Of a DNA stretch of 64,000 bases, positions 1 to 13,275 are shown in pieces. The stretch is taken from NCBI GenBank assembly GCA_951406725.2, contig OX597821.1:66526001-66590000 (forward strand), read 5' to 3'. Origin of the DNA: Octopus vulgaris (lineage: Eukaryota). The translations under genes and the position numbers were made by a program. A model generated the notes under the pieces. The model was not told the origin of the DNA and ran no database searches. It saw nothing but the letters and a program-made list of their open reading frames with translations. Position 1 is the stretch's first letter. Every line of letters starts with the position of its first letter.

Positions 1-190
1 CTCTTTGATCTCTGTCGGTACCCCTTTGATCTCTGTACACCCCCTTTGATATCTGTCGGCACCCTCTTTGATCTCTGTCGGCACCCCCTTCGATCTCTGT
101 CGACACCTTCTTTGATCTCTATCGGAACCCCTCTTTGATCTCTGTCGGTACCCCTCTTTGATCTCTGTCGGCACCCCTCTTTGATCTCTG
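1..190. repeat. Minisatellite, ~21-23 bp unit (cctctttgatctctgtcggcacc), ~9 copies, truncated by window edge
   Basis: Direct tandem repeats of tttgatctctgtcggYacc visible from 1 to 190. Confidence 0.95.
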
Positions 191-353
191 AGGCCTTGAA
201 TGGTGCAAAGCAATCTTGTTATCAGATCTGACGTTCATCAAAACATATATTAATGAAATATTATAACCTAAGCAATGGGATACATTACCGTAAATACATT
301 TATTTATGCACATACACACACTGCGAAATTGGGAGAGAATATATATATATAAT

Positions 354-750
354 GGCGCAGGAGTGGCTGTGTGGTAAGTAGCTTGCTAACCAACCACATG
401 GTTCCGGGTTCAGTCCCACTGCGTGACATCTTGGGCAAGTGTCTTCTACAATAGCCCCGGGCCGACCAATGACTTGTGAGTGGATTTGGTAGACGGAAAT
501 TGAAAGAAGCCTGTCGTATATATGTATGTGTATATATGTATATGTGTGTGTTTGTGTGTCTGTGTTTGTTCCCCTAGCATTGCTTGACAACCGATGCTGG
601 TGTGGTTACGTCCCCGTTACTTAGCGGTTCGGCAAAAGAGACCGATAGAATAAGTACTGGGCTTACAAAGAATAAGTCCTGGGGTCGATTTGCTCGACTA
701 AAGGCGGTGCTCCAGCATGGCCGCAGTCAAATGACTGAAACAAGAAGAAG
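354..750 (+). mobile_element. tRNA-derived SINE family A (full length, internal (TA)/(TG) microsatellite)
   Basis: Head ggcgcaggagtggctgtgtggtaag (box A) ... gggttcagtccc (box B); CORE-like cttgggcaagtgtcttc; tail ggcggtgctccagcatggccgcagtc..atgactgaaacaag; >15 copies in window. Confidence 0.9.
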
Positions 751-756
751 AATGTA

Positions 757-1099
757 AGCATTTTCAGAGAGTTATAGCCAAAAATAGCAAAAAAATGCAT
801 TAAAATTGGAAAAAAAATTATCGTAAATTTTTTTTTAAATCGTTGACTCATCGTAGACATTTTTAGAGAGTTACTTCCCTTATATAATAGCGAAAAAAAT
901 GCATTAAAATGGAAAAACATGTTGGTAATTTTTTTTAAAATCGTAGACTCATCGTAGACGCGCGGTAATACCCGGAAGGGCTCGATATGAATCACGACTA
1001 TAAGATACCCGCTTTTGGTTACACTGCACCGGAAAATGTGGGAGTAGTTAGGAATCTAAATCGTAGGAGACAGACACACAACTTCACTTTTATATATAA
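757..1099 (-). mobile_element. Non-autonomous Helitron-like element, 3'-truncated, abutting next copy
   Basis: Shares agcattttYagagagttatagccaaaaata block with 1150-1195; internal ~100 bp repeat; ends agacagacacaca..ttttatatataa like the 5' end of the neighbouring copy. Confidence 0.6.
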
Positions 1100-1100
1100 A

Positions 1101-1479
1101 CTAGCAGTATCGCCCGGCGTTGCTCAGGTTTGTAAGGGAAATAACTATAAAGCATTTTTAGAGAGTTATAGCCAAAAATAACAAAAAAATGGAAAAAAAT
1201 GATGGTAAATTTTTTTTAGTTAAAAAAGGTGGAGTTGCGTCCCCTAGACAGTTTGCGGTTTGTGTTTCTGATTCTCGACCCCATGTCGAATTTATTGATT
1301 TTTTCAGAACTGGGGGAACTTTTCAAAATTTTCGCTGCGTTAGTTTTGAATTATGACATTGAGCTATGTGTGTGTCAAGTTTCATCAGAATCGGTTGAAA
1401 GCCGTGGTCAGGGTGAGGGTACAAGCAAACAGACACACAGAAACACGCACAGACAAACTGCCGTTTATATAGAGAGAGA
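1101..1479 (-). mobile_element. Non-autonomous Helitron
   Basis: Minus strand starts A|TCtctctctatataaa and ends with GC-rich hairpin cctgagcaacgccggg, 8 nt spacer, CTAG|T: canonical Helitron termini and A-T insertion site. Confidence 0.75.
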
Positions 1480-1538
1480 TCAACAGATTTATCAGTTCCC
1501 TTATGAACAACCAGCACTTAATTTTTGGCTCACACAAA

Positions 1539-2122
1539 GGCGGTTAGCTGGCGGAAACGTTAGCACGCTAGGCGAGATACGTAGCAGTATTTCGTCTGCC
1601 GTTACGTTCTGAGTTCAAATTCCGCCGAGGTCGACTTTGCCGTTCATCCTTTCGGGGTCGATTAAATAAGTACTAGTTACGCACTGGGTTCGATGCAATC
1701 GACTTAATCCGCTTGTTTGTCCTTGTTTGTCCCCTCTGTGTTTAGCCCCTTGTGGGTAGTAAAGAAATAGGTATTTCGTCTGCCGCTACGTTCTGAGTTC
1801 AAATGCCGCCGAGGTCGACTTTGCCGTTCATCCTTTCGGGGTCGATTAAATAAGTACCAGTTACATATTGGAGTCAATATAATCGACTTAATCCGTTTGT
1901 CTGTCCTTGTTTTTCCTCTCTGTGTTTAGCCCCTTGTAGGTAGTACAGAAATAGAAATAGTTATTCTGTTTGTATTTACGCTCTGAGTTCAAATTCCACC
2001 GAGGACGACTTTTCATCTTTTAGGGTCGATAAAATAAGTACCAGTTAAGCACTGGGATCAATGTAATCGATTTACCCTTTACCCCAAATCTGCTGGCCTT
2101 GTGCCGTAATTTCAAATCAATA
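1539..2122 (+). mobile_element. tRNA-derived SINE family B, head-to-tail multimer (~184 bp body repeated)
   Basis: Head ggcggttagctggcggaaacgttagc; box B gagttcaaatt; body gtcgactttgcc..tcatcctttcggggtcgat..aagtaccag restarts at 1587, 1771 and (diverged) ~1960. Confidence 0.9.
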
Positions 2123-2158
2123 TAAGCTCACCTATATAAAGCGATGAACTATTATGAC

Positions 2159-2540
2159 TAGTGGTTCTCAACAACTTTTTGTTTTACCTTTTGATTACAA
2201 TTTTATTCTGGTGGACCCCCATAGCTATTTAAAAGCTAGTTGTAGGGACACTTCTTTCAAAATTCTTGTTTTGATTTCAAACATTAACATTTCAAACGGC
2301 GGTGCATCAGCATGGCCGCAGCTCTGAGCTGAAACTAGAAAATAGAAAAAAAAATGTGTAGGTTGTGCTATGTAGAACGTTAGAGAAAGAAAGTGAGATG
2401 TTACTTGCAATAAACACAGCTAAAACTAAATGTTTTAATGAACGCTTAAAATAGTACTGTTTACTATTTCGCTCGTGTGGACCCCAGAACATCTTATATA
2501 GACCATCAGAGGTCACATGGACCCTGGTTGACAATCACTG
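2159..2540. mobile_element. hAT-type MITE
   Basis: TIRs tagtggttctcaac / ggttgacaatcactg; 8-bp flanks attatgac and attaaggc (6/8, decayed TSD); subterminal gtggacccc repeats. Confidence 0.7.
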
Positions 2541-3664
2541 ATTAAGGCAATATGCATTGCTTATAAATCTTTCATTGCAAACATATTTATGGCTACCAAT
2601 AATCAGCTGAAGTTAATCCTATTCATTTCGTTTATTGATTAGAATCGGTCGTTTTCCAACATTTAAGCTTCATTCACGCCAACTTGGTCAGGCAAAGCAA
2701 ATTATCTCCGTTCATCTAGTAACGTTTTAGTGGTGATTACGGTGACAGTGAGATCACGGAATTCTCAACACAGCATGATAATTAAATACTAGTAACATTA
2801 TTAAGAGCTTCATTAAATTTTGTATTGCTTTTATTAAAAAAATTAGATTTTGTTTAACAGCGAAAAATGTTAATCCTCACCTTCGTTTTCTTCGCAGCCG
2901 TTGTTGTTGGTGGCGGTCATAATAATGTAGTCGTCATTGTTGATGTTAGCCCCAGGTCATCCTTCATTGACACAACCAAAATTTAGAGACATTTTACTCG
3001 AGTCATTCTTCGTCTTTGTGAGAAACGAAAGGTTTATATTATCAACTGCGTTTTCTATTTGGGGAATTACAACCGTGTTTCGTGGTCTGCCACCACAACA
3101 GCTCCTTTATCGGATCCAGTTAGTTCAAGACATCATCAGGAGGAACCACGTACGGTTTCGGCCCCTACTCCTCTACCGTTTTGACGTGGCGCCCACCACC
3201 TTTCGGAGGTGTCTTCAGCTCTGGTGTTGGGTGCATGTCTTCCTTCTTCTTCTTTCTTCTGTTCCCTGGCCTCTTCGATGCATCGTCAGCGAGTGTCAGC
3301 CGGTGACTGACTGGCTTGTCAATATTTTCCCTTTAAGAGCATAGTTTGAAGTAGACTTTACTGCTATTTGTAGCAGATCAAGCATTCGTAAAGCCGTTCT
3401 TTTATTTAATTATTTGATGTAAATTCTTGTTGTTTCACCACAAGTCAACTATTATCGAGCAAGTTTTTAATCCAAGGCATTCTTCATCCTGTCCTATTTT
3501 ATATCAGGACTTGGAGCGATATATCCCACGCAATTGCAGGCTAAATACCTAAATGTTTCCTACATAATTTGCACAATTAAAGATCAAAGTAAAATTTGTG
3601 AGCATTCTGCAGCAGGACCAGTTGCTGATTAGAGACTTCATTACTCTCGTAGTTATTTTAATCT

Positions 3665-3901
3665 CTTACTCTTTTATTCTGTTACTAGTTTCAGTCATTT
3701 GACTGTGGCCATGTTGGAGCACCGCCTTTAGTCGAGCACATCAACTCTGCGAATTATTCTTTGTAAGCCTAGTACTTATTCTATCGGTCTCTTTTTCCGA
3801 AACGCAAAGTTACGGGGACGTAAACACACCAGCATCGGTTGTCAAACGATGTTGGGGGGGGGGGGAGACAAACACAGACACACAAACATACATACACACA
3901 T

Positions 3902-3932
<31 letters not shown>

Positions 3933-4080
3933 GATAGATACATATATACGACGGATTTCTTTCAATTTCTGTCTACCAATTCCACTCACAAGACACTTGC
4001 CCAAGGTGTCTCGCAGTGAGACTGAACCCGGAACCATGTGGTTCGTATGCAAACAACTTACCACACAGCCAATCCTGCTT
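3665..4080 (-). mobile_element. SINE family A
   Basis: Reverse complement of family A head and tail. Confidence 0.9.
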
Positions 4081-4236
4081 AATATTTTCATAATTAAATC
4101 TGTAATTAAGATTTCGGCCCAAATATCATTTTGAAGTCGAAAGGATTTTTTCATACTGATATTAGTGAAAATACGATATCTATCTATTTACCCCCGTCTC
4201 ACTCTCTGTCTATCTCTCTATGTCTCTCTCTCCCTC

Positions 4237-4800
<564 letters not shown>

Positions 4801-4829
4801 CTATAAAAAATAAAAAATACATGTATATA

Positions 4830-5170
4830 TAGGAGTGGCTGCGTGGTAAGTTACTTTCTTAGCAACCACATGGGTCCGGGTTCAGTCCTAGTCCACCTTG
4901 GGCAAGTGTCTTCTACTAAAGCCTCGGGCCGTCCAAACCATTGTAAGTGGATTTGGTAGAAGGAAGCTGAAAGAAGCCCGTCGTATATGTGTGTGTGTGT
5001 GTGTGTGCGTGTGTTTGTGTGTCTGTGTTTATACGCCATCATCGCTTGACAACCGATGTTGGTATGTTTACGTCCCTGTAACATAGCGTTTCGAAAAAAG
5101 ACATCGATAGAATAAGTACTCGGCTTACAAGGAATAAGTCCTGGGGTCGATTTGTTCGAGTAAAGGTGGT
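4830..5170 (+). mobile_element. SINE family A
   Basis: Family A head, CORE-like segment and 3' body. Confidence 0.85.
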
Positions 5171-5297
5171 GTATTAGATTGACGCTTGGGAAAGTGAGAA
5201 AGTATTTGACGTTGCTAGCCTACGCTCTTCAACAGAAAGGTATACGAGGAAATAAACAGAGAGAGAATAAAAAAGACTTGTGGAATTAGCGTCAATC

Positions 5298-5344
<47 letters not shown>

Positions 5345-5398
5345 CTGACGTGCCGATGCAAACTCTTTTCGGTGTACAGGGACACAAATTAGTCAGAA

Positions 5399-5473
<75 letters not shown>

Positions 5474-5483
5474 GTATATATAT

Positions 5484-5642
5484 ATTGTTGCTCTCCTTGT
5501 TTTTTTTTTTTCTGTGTCCCTTTCTGTAGAAGAGCGTAGGCTCGAAACATAAAAGACTTTTTCAATTCCTGAGCGTTATACTTATACATCTGTTTGTTTT
5601 CTACACCACCTGTCTTCGTCTTTTGTTCTTTTCGTGAACTCT

Positions 5643-5646
<4 letters not shown>
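5484..5646 (+). mobile_element. (TA)n-embedded short element, family P1 (putative Penelope-derived terminal-repeat fragment, hammerhead-like motif 5521-5554)
   Basis: Related copies at 5175-5300(-), 23815-23985(+), 33240-33393(+, motif deleted), 46360-46545(-); motif ctgtNga-a-gagc-gtag-gctc-gaaacRta. Confidence 0.65.
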
Positions 5647-5712
<66 letters not shown>

Positions 5713-5818
5713 ATGTGTGTGTGTATAAATGGACAAATTATGACAAGAAAAATCACAACGCCAGGACGTGTTACATGCAAAATATTGATAAGACGCTGAG
5801 GGAAAGAAAGAAAGAGTC

Positions 5819-5851
5819 TTTTACGTTTCGAGCAAAGCTCTTCTTCAGAAA
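5819..5851 (-). ncRNA. Minimal hammerhead-ribozyme-like motif within (TA)n-flanked element 5730-5930
   Basis: Minus strand: UUU-CUGAAGA-A-GAGC-UUU-GCUC-GAAACGUA-AAA; stem I UUU/AAA, palindromic ACGU stem III, GUA site. Confidence 0.55.
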
Positions 5852-6204
5852 CAGGAAACAGATGAAAGTCCAAAAGAAAAGAAAGACAGAGAAAAAAAAT
5901 CACCAACAATCCACATGTAGATACAATTTGGAATGTATATATATATATATATATTTGAAAAACGATTAGAGATCTATATAAATCAAATGATTATATATAA
6001 AAGATGGTGGGGTGGGGTGGAAATAGCACAGAAGTAAGTATAAGACATTTCAATTTAATAGGGAATTTAACAAAAAATTTTATAAAGAAAATATGGAGAG
6101 TGAGAGATGGGGAGTCTATTGTCTGAAAGGAATCTTTGTGTTCCTGTCAATGGAGTGGCTAAAAAGCATTTATTGAATGGGTTTTATGTCTATCTACGCG
6201 CGCG

Positions 6205-6670
6205 CGCTTTTGTGTGTGTGTGTGTATGTGTGTGTGAGTGTGTGTGTGCGTTTGTGTTTGTGTACTGTGTTGAATGTGCTTTCAATACGTTTTGAAAAAA
6301 GACCAGCTGTGAGTTGATGGGTGTGTGTGTGTTATGAAGAATGTCTTGAAGAAAGAATTAGGATTTTACTTTGGGTTTTATTATTCTTTTGAATGTGTGT
6401 GGCCACCAGCTGTGTGTGTGTGTATGTGAGTGTGTGTGTGTGTGTGTATGTGTGAGTGTATGTGTTTGTGCGTGTGTGTGAGTGTTGTCTTTTTGCGTTG
6501 TTTTGTTTTGTGTGCATGTGTATGTATGTTTGTATGCTTGTGTGTATATAAAGTGTTGTGTGTATGTGTGTGCATTTTTTGATGTTTTTTATGTGCATGT
6601 GAGTGTGTGAGTGTATGTGCGTGTGTTTGTGTGTGTGTGTGTGTGGGGGGGTATTTGTGCGTGTGTATGT
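6205..6670. repeat. Degenerate (TG)n-rich simple repeat
   Basis: Direct inspection. Confidence 0.9.
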
Positions 6671-6841
6671 GCTGGCTTATATGAATATCGGAAAAAACAT
6701 TCAGGAAATCATGGGATGCATTTTTTTAAATGATAATGATAATATTATGTATAAAATTGCTTTTCGTGTCTGTTATTTATTGGTTCTGGTTGGGTCTATA
6801 TATATATGAACATTATATACATGTATGTATATGTATATCAC

Positions 6842-7158
6842 ACAGCTACACCGTGGTTACACGAGAAAAGCCATTGCCAAGACTTACTGAAATGATCCAT
6901 GATTGTTGCCATGTGATGCCCTTATATGACTTTTAAGCCCGGCCAAGCTTTTACACGTTTTATTACATACTAGACAATTGTGCTGGCTGGCAGGAGAAAC
7001 AAGTGCAGCCATATGCACTCTCGTAACATGTCTTTTTAGACCTCCAACTGAGAGGCACACCCTTCCACATTTTACACATGTACTGTTGTGAATTTTAATA
7101 GCCACATCATTGTTTATCATGGGTCGATTTCTATGAGCAATTTGATGACTCACCAGGC
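6842..7158 (-). mobile_element. 3' fragment of non-LTR retrotransposon (RTE-like) with two C-terminal C2H2 fingers
   Basis: ORF 6884-7153(-): CVKCGRVCLSVGGLKRHVTRVH and CLVCNKTCKSLAGLKSHIRASH, stop, short UTR, then simple-repeat tail; pattern typical of RTE ORF ends. Confidence 0.6.
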
Positions 7159-7227
7159 CTGTATGTATATGTATATATATATATGTACATAATCACATAC
7201 ATACATGCATACATACATACATACATA

Positions 7228-7500
7228 CGCATGGCCTAGTGGTTAGGGTGTTGGACTCACGTTTGCGAGATCGTAGTTTCAATTCGGAGGTGGTGCGTTG
7301 TTGTCTTGAGCACAACACTTCATCTCACTTTGCCACCTGACGCGTGGCACTCAGTGCACCTGTTCAGACAACGGCGATTTGATGGAAGGAGTGATCGAAT
7401 GTGTGGCATTTACATTTGATCATTATAAACAAATCGTTTGAGCAGGACGTTCGGTAAAAGCTGAACGCTTGTTCGTTGTTTTCGACGGACGAGAACCCCA
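7228..7500 (+). mobile_element. tRNA-derived CORE-like SINE (family D, diverged)
   Basis: Head gcatggcctagtggttagggtgttggactcac; CORE-like ttgtcttgagcacaacacttcatctcac. Confidence 0.7.
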
Positions 7501-7735
7501 TGTATGTATGTTTCTGCTATTTTTTAAAAATTATTATACATATTCCACTGAAGAGGGACCCTGTTTCCAACAAAGATACAAGGTTCCATCTTTGGGATGT
7601 AGTTAACCCAGGCAAATTCACATTTGGAACTTGAGAAAAGTCTTGCATATTTTTACTGTTCCACACACAGATGCACTGGTAATGTACGAATTAGCCGTTC
7701 GATTTTTCTTTATGTATAAATGTATGTATGTATGT

Positions 7736-7785
<50 letters not shown>

Positions 7786-8384
7786 ACAAACACACACACA
7801 CATATGCTTATACATGGGATTTCATGCCCTTTTCTACGAAATTCAGTCATAGGGCATTGGTCGGCCTAGGGCTACTTCAGTAAAAGTCTCTTGTTCAATT
7901 GGCTGCACTGCGTAGTAGGAATGAACCTCAAATCTCAGAGTTGTAATACGGACTTCTTAACGACACAACCACACACACAATATTATTATTATTATTATTA
8001 TATATATATATATGCAATTGCGAATATAGGTACATATCCGCCTATTCATTTTGTGTATCAATTTATTATCATCATGCTTTGTGAACCCACGAACATACAC
8101 ACGAATCATTGGGACAAAAGCACTTACGCACTTTTTCCCACACGCACACAAGTATATAATTATATATAATATTAGAGCAGAAGCTATTTTTGCAAGGCTG
8201 ACACGTCGACGTGACAAGGTCATGTGAAGTATAATAGCAGTGTAAACATCGGTGTATTTATAAAGGAAATTGGAATCCTGAAGCATACTTGAACACAAGG
8301 ATGTATTAAATGAAACACATATGTATGTAGTGCGTCGACCGAAACGCAATCACATAATACATGTATATGTGTATGTACGTACAA

Positions 8385-8722
8385 TAAACAAGTGTGTGTG
8401 TCTGGTTGCGTGTGTTTGTGTGCGTATGAATGTATGCGTGTGTGTGTTTTTGTGTGTATGGATGTATACATGTGTGTGGGTGTTTGTGTGTGTTTGAATG
8501 TATACGTGTGTGTGTGTGTGTCTTTGTGTGTTTGTGTGTGTATGAATGTATACGTGTATGTTTTTGTGTGTGTATGAATGTATACGTGTGTGTATGGAAG
8601 TATACGTGTGTGTGTGTATGAATGTATACGTGTGTGCGTGTTTGTGTCTCTGAGTCTGTGTATGTGTGTGTATAACTGTATGTTTTGCGTTTTTGAGCGT
8701 GTGTATGTGTTTGTGAGTACCG

Positions 8723-8756
<34 letters not shown>

Positions 8757-8765
8757 CTGTGTGTT
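8385..8765. repeat. Compound (TG)n minisatellite (unit ~tgtgtgtgtatgaatgtatacg)
   Basis: gaatgtatacg recurs separated by TG runs. Confidence 0.85.
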
Positions 8766-8924
8766 AATATATGTTTTGTGTAGGTATAAATTCTCACTTA
8801 TATAACTATATCTTTTTGTTTATCTATATATATACCTATGTGTGTGTATACATATGTATATGTGTGTGTATATATACATACATATTTATGCATCAATATA
8901 TATTTATATCTCTATATATCTATC

Positions 8925-8961
<37 letters not shown>

Positions 8962-9415
8962 ATATATGCATGTAAATATAGCTATGTGTGCATATGTGCA
9001 TGTGTGTGTGCATCTATATATTGACATGTATATACATATATACATATATGCATGTGTGTAAGTATATTTATATATATGTATGCATGCAAGTTTGAATATA
9101 TGTATTTATGTATGTATGTATTATGCATGTACGTATGTACATATGGACGTATGCATCTTCGTGTGTGAGCTTTTGTCTGATTGACATTAGGGGTTTCATA
9201 TATCTAACCATCATTTCATGCTTCATCACAAGAATTTATCAATAATGACAATATCATACGTATAATGTGTGCACTGTGAACGCATTGCTGCAATCGTACG
9301 TTTTCTGTGCTACACTTCTACAAAATAAACAAAGGCAGCATGGCTAGATGTACGAAAGCTGGCATCCATGTGTCTCTGTGTTTCTCTCTAGCCCTCATCT
9401 AGTGCCCATCCGCTC

Positions 9416-9455
<40 letters not shown>

Positions 9456-9466
9456 TTCTCTGTATA

Positions 9467-9512
<46 letters not shown>

Positions 9513-9519
9513 AATATAA

Positions 9520-9669
9520 GGCGCAGGAGTGGCTGCATGGTAAGAAGCTTCCGGGTTCAGTCCCACTGCGTGACATCTTGGGCAAGTGTCTTCTACTATA
9601 GACTCGGGCCGACCAAAGCCTTTTGAGCGGGTTTGGTAGAGGGAAACTGAAAGAAACCTGATGTGCGTG

Positions 9670-9712
<43 letters not shown>

Positions 9713-9915
9713 ATATTTTTGTGTGTCTGTGTTTGTTCCCTCACCATCGCTTGACAACCGATATTGGTGTGTTTACGTCCCCGTAGTTCTGCAAAAAACC
9801 GTTAGAATAAGTACCCGGCTTACAAAGATTAAGTCTTGGGGTTGCTATGTGCGAATAAAGGCAGTGCTCCGACATGGCCACAGTCATATGACTGAAACAA
9901 GTAAAAGAACAAAAG
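9520..9915 (+). mobile_element. SINE family A
   Basis: Family A head and tail. Confidence 0.9.
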
Positions 9916-9923
9916 AATGTGTG

Positions 9924-9988
<65 letters not shown>

Positions 9989-10469
9989 ACAAAGGGTAAA
10001 ATTAATTAATTAAGAAGTAATCAATAATTTCACCAAGTAGAATTCGGTATGGAAAAAGGACAATTTCACGGTAAACTAAGTAATACTAATAAAAGGGTTC
10101 AGCAAAGCTTTGCTTCACCACACACCGAAGTTTAGAAATAGCAGCCAAAAATCGTAGCTATTTCTTCTACTTTAAAAAGGGTCTTACAGAGAAACCAAAA
10201 TACTTGAAGGTTATTCACACAGGCAAAGAGTAAAGCAACGAAAATCAATCAATATCTGGTCGTCCATGGACGCGCGTTTCTGAATTAGGTTTTTCATAAA
10301 GTGTATAAAATTATACTTTACTAACTATACTTTATTATTGATAATAGAATTTTCTTCCTGAGAACAAACTGCAGATTTTTTTCTGTAGTAGTTTACTTGA
10401 AGAAACACGCGGAAGGGCGGGGGAAGCTAAGCGAACCTCATTCATATTTTGAATTTTGGCGGTGCTAAC

Positions 10470-10572
10470 AAGGATGAAAAGCAAAGTCGACCTCAGCGGA
10501 ATTTGAACTCAGAACGTAGCGGCAGACGAAACATCGCTAATCATTTCGCTCGGCGTGCAAACGTTTCTGCCA
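10470..10572 (-). mobile_element. SINE family B 5' half
   Basis: aaggatgaaaagcaaagtcgacctc..atttgaactcagaacg..cgtgcaaacgtttctgcc. Confidence 0.85.
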
Positions 10573-10859
10573 CCATATTAAAAAAATATATACATATACG
10601 GAAATAATTCAGTATGTAAGACTCATTTCATTTTCATTTCATTACATGAGTGTAGGGTTCCTCATTGTCATTGTTTGAAAACTTTTGGACACAGAATGCT
10701 TGTGTCACGTAACCAACTAGAAACGGTGTGTCTTGGGGCTAAATAATAGTAACATTTTTCCCTTTCTTGGGACTGCTGCATTAAGTTGGCAACAAACCAT
10801 CATTTTATCATGCTGCTACTGCATAACTCTCTCTGAGAGATTAAGAAATGCAATATTTC

Positions 10860-10922
<63 letters not shown>

Positions 10923-11179
10923 ACATATATATACATATATATATGTATATATATATATATATATATAAATATATATATATATACATGAACGTCCGTACGT
11001 AGTACATAACACTGCTTATGCTCTCAGCTATATATGAACTAGAATATGAGGCCCAGGACTTAGAAATATTCATGTTGGTGTCCGAGGATCCAATAGGCTC
11101 AGTGTTAGTGGGGAACCCTACACCTCCGTAATGAAGTGAAAGTGAAACAAGTCTTACATACTAAAATTTTTTCTGTATA

Positions 11180-11575
11180 TACTCTTTTACTCTTTTACTT
11201 TTTTCAGTCATTTGACTGTGGCCATGTTGGAGCAAATCGACCCCAGGACTTATTCTTTGTAAGCCTAGTACTTATTCTATCAGTCTCTTCTGCGGAACCG
11301 CTAAGTTACGGGGACGTAAACACACCACCATCGGTTGTCAAGCGATGGTGAGAGAACAAACACAGACACACAAACATATACACACACACACATATATATA
11401 TACATATATAGGACGGGCTTCTTTCAGTTTCCGTCTGCCAAATCCACTCACAAAGCTTTGGTCGGCCCGAAGCTATAGTAGAAGACACTTCCCCAAAATG
11501 CCACGCAGAGGGACTGAACCCGGAACTATGTGATTGGTAAGCAATCTACGTACCACACAGCCACTCCTACGCCTA
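11180..11575 (-). mobile_element. SINE family A
   Basis: Reverse complement of family A. Confidence 0.9.
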
Positions 11576-11599
11576 CATATATGTATGTATATATTTTAA

Positions 11600-11790
11600 T
11601 TCGGGTCATCATTATGTTTCTAGGAGCTAAATCCATTTTGGCATGTAGTTGCACATGTTCAATTGCAGGCTATTAAAATGAAGTATAAGAGGTGGTTATT
11701 GAAAGTAGCGACATATGTAAAGCAAAACGCTAAATCATTATGAAAGAAGGCCCCGACAGTGAACTGCAAAGAGGAATATAACAAATACCT
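11600..11790 (+). pseudogene. Possible mariner transposase N-terminal remnant
   Basis: RVIIMFLGAKSI... resembles the mariner HTH start (RxVIxFLxxKG); heavily decayed. Confidence 0.3.
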
Positions 11791-12186
11791 TCTTACTCAA
11801 GAGTACAAAACAATAATTTCAGTCAGTTACTTGTACAGGAATGTACCGATTGATCATATTTCTGAATATTCTTTGGCCATTTGCGTAGGAGTGGCTGTGT
11901 GGTAAGTATCTTGCTTACGAACTACATGGTTCCTGGTTCATTCCCACTGAAACAAGTGAAAGTGTAAAAGAATAAAAGAGTAAGTCTATTACGGTTACAT
12001 CAATACTTTATTTTATCGATCTCCATGGACGAAAGGTAAAGTTGTTCTCTGCGGGAATTGAGCATAGAACGTAAAGAGATGGTCGAAATGCCGCTAAGCA
12101 TTTTTGCCCGATGTGCTAACGATTCTGCTAGTTAACAGCGTTATGCAATTACATTACATATCTGTTTATTAAAAAAATCACATTTA

Positions 12187-12319
12187 GGCGTAGGAGTGAC
12201 TGTGTGGTAAGTAGCTTGCTTACGAACCACATGGTTCCGGGTTCAGTCCCATTGCGTGGCACCTTGGGAAAGTGTCTTCTACTATATCCTATACATATAG
12301 ACAAACATATATATATATG

Positions 12320-12386
<67 letters not shown>

Positions 12387-12605
12387 GAGTGTGTCTGTGT
12401 GTCTGTGTGCATACGTTTGTCTATCTTTGTTCTCCCACCCCAACATCACTTGAAAACCGATGCTGGTGTGTTTACGTCCCCGTAAAGTAGCTGTTCGGCA
12501 AAAGAGACCGATATAATAAGTCCTGATGTCGATTTGCTCGACTAAAAGCGGTGCTCCAGCATGGCCACAGTCGAATGACTGAAACAAGTAAAAGAGTAAA
12601 AGAAA
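12187..12605 (+). mobile_element. SINE family A
   Basis: Family A head and tail. Confidence 0.9.
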
Positions 12606-12696
12606 ATATATATCGGCGAAAGGCACATACAAGCATAATTATGTATGCTCATACATACATACACACACACATATACACACACATGTGTACATCTAT

Positions 12697-12775
12697 TCAA
12701 TAATCCCTCGACTATCGCGGGTGTTAAATAATAAACCACGATAGGTGAATCGCGATGTGGCGCGGGGTTACTGTA
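12697..12775. mobile_element. Very short pogo/Tigger-like MITE (same family as 27266-27483)
   Basis: Ends caataatccctcgactatcgcgg / cgcggggttactgta match the termini of 27266-27483. Confidence 0.6.
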
Positions 12776-12794
12776 TATGTTTATATACATACTC

Positions 12795-13079
12795 TCTTTA
12801 CTCTCTTCCACTCTTTTACTTGTTTCAATCGTTTGACTGTGGGCATGCTGGAGCACCGCCTTTAGCCGAGCAAATCGACCCCAGGACTTATTCTTTGTAA
12901 GCCTAGTACTTATTCTATCGGCCCTTTTGCCGAACCGCTAAGTTACAGGGACGTAAACACATCAGCATCGGTCGTCAAGCGAGGTTGGAGGGACAAACAC
13001 AGACATACAAACACACACACACACACACATACACACACAAACACCACCCCCACACACACGCAAACAACCCCACCACCAC

Positions 13080-13116
<37 letters not shown>

Positions 13117-13275
13117 GACGGGCTTCTTTCAGTTTCCGTCTACCACATCCATTCACAAGGCTTTGGTCGGCCCGAGGCTATAGCAGAAGACACTTGTCCA
13201 AGGTGACACGCAGTGGGACTGAACCCGGAACTATGCGGTTCATAAACAAGCCACTTACCACACAGCCACTCCTAT
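12795..13275 (-). mobile_element. SINE family A
   Basis: Reverse complement of family A. Confidence 0.9.

Noticed and set aside
1-190. CRISPR-like repeat array
   Set aside because: Repeats are contiguous with no unique spacers; eukaryotic minisatellite.
2937-3344. 135-aa ORF in a GC-richer island
   Set aside because: No recognisable motif or splice support; probably an old retroelement fragment.
6884-7153. Host C2H2 zinc-finger gene exon
   Set aside because: No TGEKP linkers; ends in a short UTR and simple-repeat tail like an RTE LINE 3' end.
7546-7600. CUGAAGA + GGGACC/GGUUCC stem
   Set aside because: No GAAA or stem III follows.
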